DNA from: Klebsormidium nitens
Taxonomy: Eukaryota > Plantae > Klebsormidiophyceae
Direction: 5' to 3'
NCBI GenBank assembly: GCA_000708835.1
Contig: DF237066.1
Coordinates: forward strand, 124,001-188,000
DNA: 64,000 bases
Shown here: one piece after another, positions 10,201 through 20,905 of the stretch
Position numbering within the stretch: the first letter of the stretch is position 1
Layout of the letters: each line of letters begins with the position of its first letter
Program-made: the position numbers and the translations under genes
The notes under the pieces: model-generated
Database searches by the model: none
The model's input: only the letters and a program-made list of their open reading frames with translations
Told to the model about the DNA's origin: nothing

Positions 10201-13200
10201 GAAGGTCGAGGACAAACGAAAACTGGTGGGGCGAGAAGAAACGGTGTCGAAAGCATGTCGAGAGGTCGGAATAGAGGCTTACTTCAAAGCATGCGGTTTC
10301 GAAGAGGGAAAAAGATGGTCAGCCCCCCACGTCGACTCCCACGACGACTGAGCTCCGACTTTCATGAAAGGGTTAAAGCGCCCCCTCTTCACATCCTGTA
10401 CTTTTCACGATTTTCACAATGCCGTTGTGAACCGTGATTCGTTTGGAGCAAGCGTCTCCTTGGGCGAAACTGTTTGCAAGGCCTTTCTTGGCGTCTGTAT
10501 CGCCGGACTACTGCTTCCGTTCCACTTGTTCCGTTCCTTTCCGGTCGGACGCACCGACCGCAATTCCTAGGCGACAACGCACATCTCCTTAAGCAAGAGC
10601 GCCGCCGGGGCGACCTCTTCGGGCCGCCGCTTTTTGCAGAGCAAGGCGGCCTCGCTGAACGCTCATAGGAGCTTCAGCCACGTGGCAGGCTCAGGGCGCA
10701 GCCCCTGCCCTGCCCATGTGGCATTTGCTGTCGCCACTCAGACGGCCCGGTAGGCCAGGAGCGGGGTCTTTTCAATGCACCCCGTGAGAAGCCCTGCGCA
10801 GACGAGCCCCGCAGCCCTGCTGACGTCAGCATGACACTTCCTCAACGCTTCGGCCCCCCTTTTCCGTCACGACCCCACCTTTCTCGAGGCCGGGATCTCC
10901 ATACATGATTTGACGCTGCATGACAACAGTTGCGGCGCAGACGGTTCAACTCCGAGCGATCCCCGGCACGCATCCTTTTTGCTTCCTGCCCAGCTCTCAG
11001 AGTTTCACGTGATTGCACTGAGTCTGCGGAATAGCTCAGTAGCCATTGTCAATTGCAGTCTGCTCTTGGGTTGACGCTGGCAAGCCATTCCGGCATCGTC
11101 TGCGGACCCTCCGGCCCTTCCGAATCGCGCTTTTCAGCTCCCCCTCTCCGGCTGGAGTTGGCGACTGTGTATCCAATCTCTACTTTAACCCTGCTGACGT
11201 CACATCCGCGCAACGAACCTCTGCGAGGCGCCCTTCTGCGGCAATTCAACTGCCAAGGCGGGCCTTTTCTCCATCAGATTGCACGCTGATTGCAACGGCG
11301 GTGCTGTTCCTGTGCGCTCCCTCGATATCTGGCCGTCCGCTGCTCTGTTGAAACGTCTGCAGCCGTCCGTTTTCTGAGAATCTCTTCTTTTGAGAATCCA
11401 CAGACCGCTGACAGCATCAATTCGTAAGCACTTGGATCCGTTGAAACACTTTCACAAGCCACTGCCGGTGCATGGGCTGCCGCTTTGACGATCGAAGGGC
11501 AGTGTGGCAGCGGCAGAGTGTATTCGGTCCGGCTGCAGAACAGAGGCGCTGTTTTAGACATGATGTACTAACCCATGGCTGCCTTGACATGGTTCAGATG
11601 GAGTTTTCAATTATTGATTGACACCGGACTTGGTGTTGTAAGTGAAAGTATGACGGTAGGGAAAGCAGCGCAGGCCTCCGCAACCGGAAAACGACATCTC
11701 TCTGGAGGAAGGATGTGTTGATGCTCAAATTTGCAGGTGCAGAGGCTCTCACGCACGTCGGTCGTTCGACCAAAATGGTGGCAGCCAGCATTTAGTTTCT
11801 TCAAGATCAAAGCTACGGGTGATCTCGTAACTAACTTAGCCGCTTTCGTTTGATATTTGACGGCTTCTGCCTTCGTATATCAACTCTTACACTCTCATCT
11901 GTGTCTCTGCTCAGTGTGCCTCTACCAACCGAGCTACGACTACGCCAAGTTCAACACAACTAAGAACTCGGGCAGGATCGAGACCCCGTCTTCCCAATGC
12001 TCAGCTTTTGAACCTACCTAGCGTCGCAAATTTTTTGCAGCACTAGTCATCCAATTCATGATTCGGGTTCCCACTCCTTTGCTTCTCCTCCGACGCAGTC
12101 ATTCTCGTCATCAACGACTTCGAGCCGGGTCTGCCGACCTGGTTTGGCGTAAGTAGCGTAATCTCTTATCAGCCCCTCTCTTCGATAAAATATTGCACCT
12201 GGAACTCTCATCCGAGCCCCTTTCCAACCGCCCCTTGTCCGTTGTGCAATAAAACCAGGACTTGTGCACGGGGGCCCAACCGAGAAGGGCAGACTGATCC
12301 GCCAACTCTCTGTAACGGCTCGAACGCTCTCAAGCCGTCAAGTGGCACCACGGACGTGGACAGCTTTAGCTTCAGCTCGACTTCCTCTCCAAGCAGACCC
12401 AGTGGACCCAGCCACGTGGCAGCGGCGGGAGTTGAACCGAGTCACCGGCTCCCGCTTGGAGGGCGACACCAACGCGCGTTGCCCTGGTAAGGGATCCCCC
12501 AGATGCCACGTGATATTCTCTTTGTGCAGGCGGAAATGTGTTGCTGAATCCGATGAGCGATCTGCGTTATTCTTCTTTTGGGCGGTCAGTGGGCATGTGT
12601 TGCTGACTCCTGAATCGAGAAGCGACCTGCTTTCGTTTTTCTTCTGGGCGGGTCTGGTACTTTGTTGCTGATTGCTGAATTCTATGAGCGGTGGGCGGTC
12701 GGCCGGTATGCCCGCTTGCACAATCGTCCCGCCAGCCGGCCAAAGAGTTGCATTGTGTTGTAACTGATAAGAACAAAGGGTTCTCGATCCGGGCATTTCT
12801 TTCGCACTTGCTTCTCACCGGCCTACGCTCTTTGCAAAGCGAATGTCAGCTCAAAAGCACTTCGAAGCTCACACGCGAAGCTGTTGAGCCCCTTGTGACG
12901 GGCTAATCTGAAAGACCTGGCTCCGAAAAACCTACCAATTGGAATTAGTGACTCGAGCAACTTGTGGCGGGCAGACAACTCACCCGCGTCGTACTGGGAG
13001 CTTTTTCTTTCTGGCACGCCCGGCACGAACTCCTCTATACCCGCTGCGCCCGCCCTCCGCGGCCGTTCCACACCCCCAAAACCCCCGATCCGCCACCGGT
13101 CTTCAAAACTCTCCCTCTTTAGCAGCACTCCCGGCGCCCTCTTCTTCGGCCCTCGCTCTAGTTTTGCGCCGGGCGACCGCGGACTGGGACGGGGCATCCT

Positions 13201-16200
13201 GTCGCAGCTGCTTCTCGGGCCGATTCGAGAGGTGCTGTAAACCGCCCGGTGACTTTGGCAGCGGCAAGGCCTCCCCCTAGAGCTGCTTCCCGGGCCGTGG
13301 GGAGAGGCCCTGTAACGGGGCGGGTAAAATATGGCTTCCGGCGATTACTGAGGCCTTGGAGCGGGGAGTGGTGCTTGGGGTGGGGATGCGCGAAGGGCTG
13401 TTCTCAGGTCGGGGTTGAGAGCAGGAGAACCGGGGTTTGGTGGTTCACCTGAAGAGGGATAGAACTCCGACAGACTAGGTATAGTTACAGATTAGATATG
13501 TCACGCTGGACGGGTGACGTATTTTGGGAATTTCTGGTAAGCGGGTGGGGAGCATATGGATTTTTAAGGGTCAGGTTTTCATACTTAGGGTAGGAGCTCA
13601 CTGTCTCCAGAGCTTGCGATCTCTTAAGTGTAGGAAACATGAAACAGGAGACAGCGGTTCAACTCCAGCCTCACTGAACGGATGGAGAGATAACATGGAC
13701 TTTCGGCGAGCCCTCTTGGCTAGAAGCCTAGAGAACCGACGGCTAACTCTGACGGAGAGACCGTTTAATTCAGACCGTCGTTTTGAAGGGTCAGATTTGA
13801 GGGGGGTCATCGAAATTGATCGGAAGGGTTCCACCTTCTCCTTCCAGCCCTTCTCACGCCAGGTGAAACGGTGGTACGACGGAACTAGTGGGCAGGATGC
13901 AAAACGAAGGGAAGGTTTTGGTCCACCTCTTTGCGGAACAATCAGGAGACGTGAAAGCTCATTGCAAAGGATCGGGGCCTCTGCAATCTCAGAAGTGCTT
14001 GAATCGGCTATGCTGAAACGTTCGCGGGGGTTTCGTCCGTGAAATTGAAGCACGGAAAGTAAAAGAAGCTTAGTATAAATCCTCGTCCTTTGTGTCGCTC
14101 AGAACGACTTGGATCGAAGCACGCCAGCAAACCCGTACGATGGCGGATCTGATCTGCTCCACACCTGAACGAAAAAGTTTCAAAAAGTATCTGTCTGTGA
14201 TACCTAATTCAAAAGGGTCGTCCGCAAATTCTAGCGACAGGATATGCTTACAACGAAAGTATCTTCCTTCTCGCACTCCTGCCCCGAAGTGGAACGCAAC
14301 GGGCTGAAGAAGTGACGCAAGTACTTGCCAGTCAGGAGGGCGGGAGCCTCCACTTCTCCATGTAGGGGGCTGCTTTCAGGGCCGTTTCTTGAATTGTCGA
14401 AGTCCCTTCTAGCCGACGGCGGAGTGGGAATCTTGGACACGGACAATATTGCCTCCGGATGCGCCTGTCCAGCGTCCGAATCGTCACTCAAAAGGTCTGC
14501 TAAACCCACCTCCGGACCGGGGCTTCGGGGACTCAGCGAAGACCTTCCAGCGGGGGGCGGCTCACTCCCCCCCTGAGAATTTTTCGGTCAGAAGGTTTGC
14601 CAAACCGAGTTCGGAGCCCAAGGTCCGGGGACTTAGAGACGCTCTTTCGGGAGCAACACCTCCGCCCAGTTTGTATTTTCCGAAAAGATTGCTCCTTCCA
14701 AGCGTCGGGCAACGAGAGGTGGCGTCCTTACGATGACGACGACAGGTTTCGACGCTTCAGGAGTGGCCGGGTTGAGGCCGCGCTCGGCACCGAAAGTGGC
14801 GAGGGGCGTCCTGCCGAGCTGCGCCGCCCGCCGGAAGGCCCCGGGGGATCCCCCTGGGGCATCAGTCACCCCATGCGGAGTCCGGTCAAAGTCCTCGGGT
14901 TCCTAAAGCGGTGAGCCCAGCCCCTTAACCGGCCACTAGTCCACCGATTGCATCAGCTTGGCGTTTCTCCCATTATCTGCCGCGGCTGCATCCCTGTAGA
15001 CCCTCAGGGGGATCTTCTGGTGACGTCGCAGCTGGGGGCATCTTTCGTGACGTCAAGAGTGGACTGGCTTCATCCTCTCCCGGAAGCGCGTGAATGGGGG
15101 ATCCCCTGAATGGGCTGCCACCCCTCGCCGGACGGCCACTCCGCAAACGCGAGCACCGCCGGCGCCCGCTTCTTTGAAGTTGGACGCCCAGAGGTGCTGA
15201 CGTTACCGCTGGCATCAGCTGCCACGTCACCAAGTTTCGAACGCTTCGGCGGGAGCTTTGGCAATTCTGCGCTCGGAATGGGACGGGTAGGTGCAAGCGC
15301 TCCGGTGAGGGGGTGATGCAAGAGGAGCTTGGCGAGGGGAGGGGCTTTGGAAGTCGGCCGGGGGGGTGAGCCGTCAGGCGTTTTGGGCCCCCGGAAGAGC
15401 GCTGGGAGTTCCGGATAAGAGAGCGGCCCTGAAGGCGGATTGCGTCGACAGCCTGTAGATCTTCTACATCTCAGCAAGTGACCGAAGGAAAGACATCGAA
15501 AACGGCCAGCAAAAAGCTCAAAGCCGTACGAAGGGCGGGTGCGTGCCGAGGGATCCCCCGAGAAGGAGCGCCTGTCGCTCATTAACCGCGTTCATTTCGA
15601 TCGGCTGAAATCGGGCCTTTTTCTTTTTGGATGGTCTTTTAAAGAACGGACGTCCCCATCTTGCTACCCACAGCTTTTAACGATCGTACGGACAGCTTCG
15701 CTTCGTCCGCCGGTTGCACATCTTTCCTCCCTATTTTCTTGTCTCGCTCAGAAGCACGCTTCATGTTTTTCCTTCATCTGTTTGAAGTCGCCGGCAACGA
15801 GCTCGTCAATCCTTCTTCTTTTGGATGAAGTTTCTAAGTTTGGGTCTTCTCCGCTCCTTCTTGTCGTTCTCCTAAGCTCAGAATGCAGCGGACGTCTCGA
15901 GCTCTGGAGCTGTTGATCACGAGCAAATGTCACTTTTAAGAAGAGCTGAGGAGTTTTCAAGCTGGCGCTGCTTCGCTCCAGAGTCACCCATCGTGTTAGG
16001 CCAGTCGGAGAAGGGGCTTTTACCATCTACCCTGCCTATGCTGCTTTCTGAGTTCTTTGACCTGAGTCTCTCCTTTCACTCATCCACTCTCTCTTCTTTA
16101 TATCAACTCGCGGCCTCTTTCCTCTAAGCTGTACCCTCCTCTAGCCCAACGGTCTTCTTTTCCTTCTGATTCGTCAAAGATACGAGCAGTATCCCTAATT

Positions 16201-17487
16201 GCTCCGGGATACTAAGGCAAGCCTCAGTATCCCGACCCTCCTTGCGATACCTTCTCCTTCTCGCCCGATCACTCCTGTTTCTCGTTGGCTCACCTGACCG
16301 ATGTCTTCCAGATGCTCTTTTTCGATCCGCCCCGATCCTCCACCTAAGTAATTAACCCAAAGTCGTCTTCTGCAAGCAGCGAGAAAACTGAAGAGGCGTG
16401 GGTGCATTGACGTCGTCACAAGCAAGCGGTCTCTCAACAGCTGGCCCTTATCGAGGTGTTCCTTCGCAGCTTTCTTCCTAGACGGCTTTGACAACCAGAG
16501 CTCAAAACTTCCTCCCCCGCACATCACCAGACGAACTTGGTACGTACCCTCTTAGAGGCACGAAGGGACGTTCGGAGTCGACTTGCGGAAGTACCGACTC
16601 CGGTCTCCTTTTCAGTTACCGTTTGCACCAAGTCGTAACAGCTGCAAGTCGTCAAAACTATTGCCTGCTACGTACTAATTATTGTCCTCTGGATTGAAGA
16701 ATGTATGTAGAAAGTAGTGACGTAGAGCAATCGCACGACTGGACGAAAATGATGGCGTAAGCACTCTGACAACTTCGACCAATGCAAAGTGTCCAATCAT
16801 GGTGCGTGAAAGTCGCATGCATATGCACCACATCGGACATCCGATCTGGCAATCTCACCAGTTACGGTGCGACACATGCAAACTTGTGATATGCAGACCG
16901 AATCAAGCGGTCGAGCATTAGCTACCGTCAACTGGCTGGCGGCCGCGGTCGGAACATCTATGTTGATCTAAGTTAAGCGTGGGTTATTCACATGCACTGA
17001 CAGCTGGCAAACAGCTAGCCAACAGTCCGCTGCACTGTTCAACTGCACATGCAGACCTGGAGTATTTTCCAAGAGGTTCCAGAGCTCTATCTTGCAATGG
17101 TCGCGGCAGTGGACATTCTGAGTCGGCACATCATATAGTTTCAAACCCAGAAGTATCCGTATAATGCGCGCGGCATGACGGCGTTGGCGCCTACCAGCTC
17201 ATGCTGGCCGCCTCTTGCAAAAGAATGGCAGCCCGGCTGGTAGTACACATGACTTATACATGATGCTTGTGCAAGGCTGAATGACAGTTGCAAACTAGCA
17301 GCTAGCAGGGCAACAATTGGCAAGTTCGAATTCAACTAGTTGCTTTGACTGCAGGTGTATACAAGCCCTATACAGGAGTAGTTGAATGCTGTGTACTAGA
17401 GGTCATTTGGAAGAACGGGTCAGCGCATTGCAATTCGAGTATAACAACCGAGTTGCTGGAGGGTTTTTTATAGCCTGAAGTATCACC

Positions 17488-18558
17488 TTAAGGTCCGGAA
17501 TCAGAGATTGCCATCTCGCAATCAGACCTTCGAACTCCGTTTGTCGACCAATGCTGCCATTCCGTCTGGCCTTGTCCTAAGCAGCACAAGTTTCCTTGGA
17601 CCCACTGTCCAGAGATGCGTTCCAGTCTGATATCTTCTTTGGAGGAGACATAGACTATCGAAAACAACAAGGGGACAAAGAACCAGATACCTCCATACTT
17701 GGCTAGCAAGTCGACGAGATTGACGGGGTCACGCTGACTTATGATCTGGACGCCTGCGTTGTCTAAACTTACGCTCACATACGTTTCTGAGTCCAAAGGG
17801 CCATCCGCACTTCTTTGTCCGGTAATAGCTCTGAACGTCCTGTATGGAGCTTGCCCAAGGTTGTTGAATTGGTAAGGCGACAAGTAAAGCTGGCTCACAG
17901 CTGCGCTGACGACCGAGCTTGGCTGTAGATCCCCACCCCGAGCACCTTTGCCCAACCCTCTCACAGCAACGTATCCGCCTACATTGCTTCTAACCGAGTC
18001 AGAGTAGGATGCATCAATAAGGACGCCATCAGAGAAATTCCCCTTGTACGTAAAGTCCCCCGTGTAAAACAGGATTTGCAAAACCCCGTCGACATAGCCG
18101 TACTCAATCCTACAAAAAGACTCCCGCTGTTGCGGACCGTCGTCAACCCTGCCGTACTGAGTAGCATTGTAGCCGTAGAGAAGCTTGAAGGGGGGAGTGC
18201 CCCCGCCGACCCATTGTGGGACGTCTCCCCTCAAAGAAGACCATGGGGCAGAAAGGACGGGAATGGCTGTGTTGTTTGTGTAGAAAATTGTTGGCATAGC
18301 TGGGACGTTCAAGCTATTGATTCCGCAACGTGCAAACTTCTGCGAGCTTGTGCTGAACAAGTCGTTCACAAAGGCCAGGTCTGGCAAGGCCACCGGGGTT
18401 TTCCTATCGAACCGAATAGAGGTTGGAGGCTCGTCCCTGGCCCGGAATGCTTGAACGGTCGCCACAGTGCAATAGCTGAGGTAAAGCACCATCAGCATGC
18501 TGAAAAGGAACCATGCTCCACGCCTGTTTGGCACTGTCACGTTCCAGGGGAATGCCAT
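17488..18558 (-). CDS. Intronless 356-aa two-TM membrane protein, paralog of 4711-6150
   Basis: ATG at 18558 (MAFPW, vs MAAWPW). TM1 is followed by IRFDRKTPVALPDLAF (vs TFFDRKEQLYLPDVQI). TM2 region QIISQRDPVNLVDLLAKYGGIWFFVPLLFSIVY (vs HVVAQEPLFGVFGTIGGLWTYVPLLFGLLY). Confidence 0.8.
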   Translation of the reverse strand: MAFPWNVTVPNRRGAWFLFSMLMVLYLSYCTVATVQAFRARDEPPTSIRFDRKTPVALPDLAFVNDLFSTSSQKFARCGINSLNVPAMPTIFYTNNTAIPVLSAPWSSLRGDVPQWVGGGTPPFKLLYGYNATQYGRVDDGPQQRESFCRIEYGYVDGVLQILFYTGDFTYKGNFSDGVLIDASYSDSVRSNVGGYVAVRGLGKGARGGDLQPSSVVSAAVSQLYLSPYQFNNLGQAPYRTFRAITGQRSADGPLDSETYVSVSLDNAGVQIISQRDPVNLVDLLAKYGGIWFFVPLLFSIVYVSSKEDIRLERISGQWVQGNLCCLGQGQTEWQHWSTNGVRRSDCEMAISDSGP

Positions 18559-19135
18559 TACACCAGGAAAGCAACGTCTTCCAGGCGTGCGCGTCTTCCC
18601 TCCCTCTCCTCGTTTGAACAAAGTCCGGAGGATGTCCCAGGGATGTCCCAGGACCTCTGATCAAAACTAGAGCACGCCTCTTCTGGTTTCTGCAGCAATG
18701 CACCGTTGTTGCTACTGGGAATGCTCTTACAGCTCCCCACATTCAAAACTTTCCTTCCCGCTGCTTCTCAGGCTGGCTCGCGCGTATACTTTTCAACCAA
18801 GCTCCGGAATGAGCTCGCATCATAAGCTCAGATGCTGATGACGCTATTCAAAGCTGCCCCATGAGGCCCTGAGGCAGTCACTGCTTTCAACCTCCCTTTC
18901 ACTGTTTCAGGTTCAAGAAAGCCTCCCTCTATCTATGTGAGAGGATGAACCCCCACGTCTAGGCGCCAGCCTGGAAAGCTGCGCATGAGGTGCGCCTGAG
19001 CGAGTCAGATAGTACCTACCTAGTGACATAGGTACTGATCACATTGAACTCTTTCAAATACCTGAAGCCCTATAGAACAATTGTATAGGTAGATCATGGC
19101 ACATGCGATCTCAGATGCTCTCAGTTATTGCCATT

Positions 19136-19543
19136 GGGGGTTCCATTGGACACCCCGAGGATCGCAGTTGGGTGTCCCGGGTGCCCTACGCCCGAGGCCA
19201 CGCGCCTTTGACAGCGAATAGTCGCCCCAGCTACCGGCCGATTGCACCAAGTCTAGCCCCATGAAACGTTTGAAATATGCGGTAACCGCAACACCGGTGT
19301 CCCGACCAACAAAACATCAAAACCGCCAATTATGCAGAGCCTAACGAACACTACAAGTTAGTGTGGAAATCATCTGCCGAAGGACACGGTCGAATTTTGT
19401 CTTATATTTGTGATCATTTAGCTTATTGAACCGATTTGTCCCCCCTAAAGCTATGCAAGTGTATAGATGCTCAACCATCAGTCAAGCGATTGGTGTCTCT
19501 GGGACCCCCCAATGCTCTTCAATGGGTGTCCTTTGGACACCCC
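19136..19543. mobile_element. Possible non-autonomous TIR element
   Basis: Imperfect 20-bp inverted ends gggggttccattggacaccc / gggtgtcctttggacacccc, plus internal ggtgtcc copies. No TSD seen. Confidence 0.3.
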
Positions 19544-20477
19544 GGCAACCCCCTTTGGGGGTCAGGTTCGGTCTTTAGGTGTCTTATAAGTTATGACCAC
19601 ATTAGGGAACACCCAGTGTCAACGCTGCTTACACGTATGATTGAATATGTCGACACTGTCACCTGCCTAACCAGACTCAATGATTGCCTCCCTGTTTTCA
19701 AATTGGGCCTTGGCATTCAATATCGCGGTAAGGCTCTCTACTCGCGACCCTATTGATCCTACCGTTACCGCATACCAAGCAAGTGGCTTTGACACGCTTG
19801 TTCGTTAACACACGGATAAATTTAAGCTGTTTCCCGGGTGTAAGGGTGATTCCTAGCCATAGCCCTATACCGCGTGCCCATGCAAAGTTCAAACCTCTAG
19901 ATGCAAGTCCATGCCGAAACGTACTGGCCCGAAACCATCCGCGGATTCTAATTTTCGATTGCACATCTCTATTCAAACCTCCGGCACTCCCACTGAGCAG
20001 CAGTCAAGGGCAACTTAACCCAAAAGGCTGAGCACGGTAGGAATCATGCAATTGGACTTCCTGCCTGGCTGGCAATGACCCCATAATTGCAATATCGTCA
20101 AGTTGAGATGAGAGAATTTTAGATATATTTCCACCTTCTCGTATCTGAAAGCATGGCTCAGATCTCACGTACATACATAGAATATCAGCCAACATCTATA
20201 ATTCTTGAAGCCATCATGGCATCATTGAACAAAGTCAGGCTTGCTTCAGTATTTTATTCAATCAGGGTGAGTTCCATGTCAGATATATATTCTCTAACAC
20301 AGCCTTCGTTAGTCATCTCAGTGTACACATGTTGCCAGGAGGACATATATTGGATGCAAAATAGTTTCACGCGTCCAAGGAATACGAGTGGAATAGTAAA
20401 GTAAGCTGCGTCGGATGGCTTGTATATGTTTTCTTTCTTCTCCGGGTCAGCCGATTCATTAGTAGCCTGTCCTGGCG

Positions 20478-20817
20478 TCAGACGAGCATGAGTACGAGCC
20501 TACATGAGTATACACGTACGTCTGCGAAGTTCGACTCGATGCCCTTGATGAAGCTGCAGAAAGTACCGTACCAAAACGTAACATGGCCTTGAATTATCAA
20601 GGAAGTGTCAGTTTGAATTCTGGTATTTGTCCGGTTGCTCAACCGCCCAGCTTGGCACAAACTCTATAATCCGATCGTCAAAATGCTGAACTGCGTGTGG
20701 TTGCAAGTTGAAAAATGAGCCGCCGAATCGTAGCCCAGGACTCGGGTCGATCAAACGTGCTGTGCACGGTGGATGTGATACTGCAACCTCATTTTGACAC
20801 GCGGTCAACACATTCAT
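20478..20817 (-). mobile_element. Possible CACTA/En-Spm transposase relic (DUF4218-like segment)
   Basis: FFNLQPHAVQHFDDRIIEFVPSWAVE carries an H(3)H motif before a Glu. In another frame SLIIQGHVTFWYGTFCSF resembles the SIAEGYI..E.LTFCS.Y segment of CACTA TnpD. Frameshifted. Motif recognition only. Confidence 0.4.
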
Positions 20818-20905
20818 TCCACACTCGTTTCAGATGAGACTCTTCCGCCACCCGCCTGGTTCGACAAGTCCCGCAGCCACCAACGCGCTGTGTGCAAAAA
20901 GTCCC

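Noticed and set aside
11915-11995. tRNA-like D-arm (gtagctcggttggtagag, minus strand) with a T-loop-like stretch upstream; considered as tRNA or permuted tRNA
   Set aside because: No complementary acceptor stem, no canonical anticodon loop and no downstream B-box. At most a SINE-like scrap.
18076-18660. 194-aa plus-strand ORF
   Set aside because: Antisense to the two-TM gene, with no recognisable motifs.
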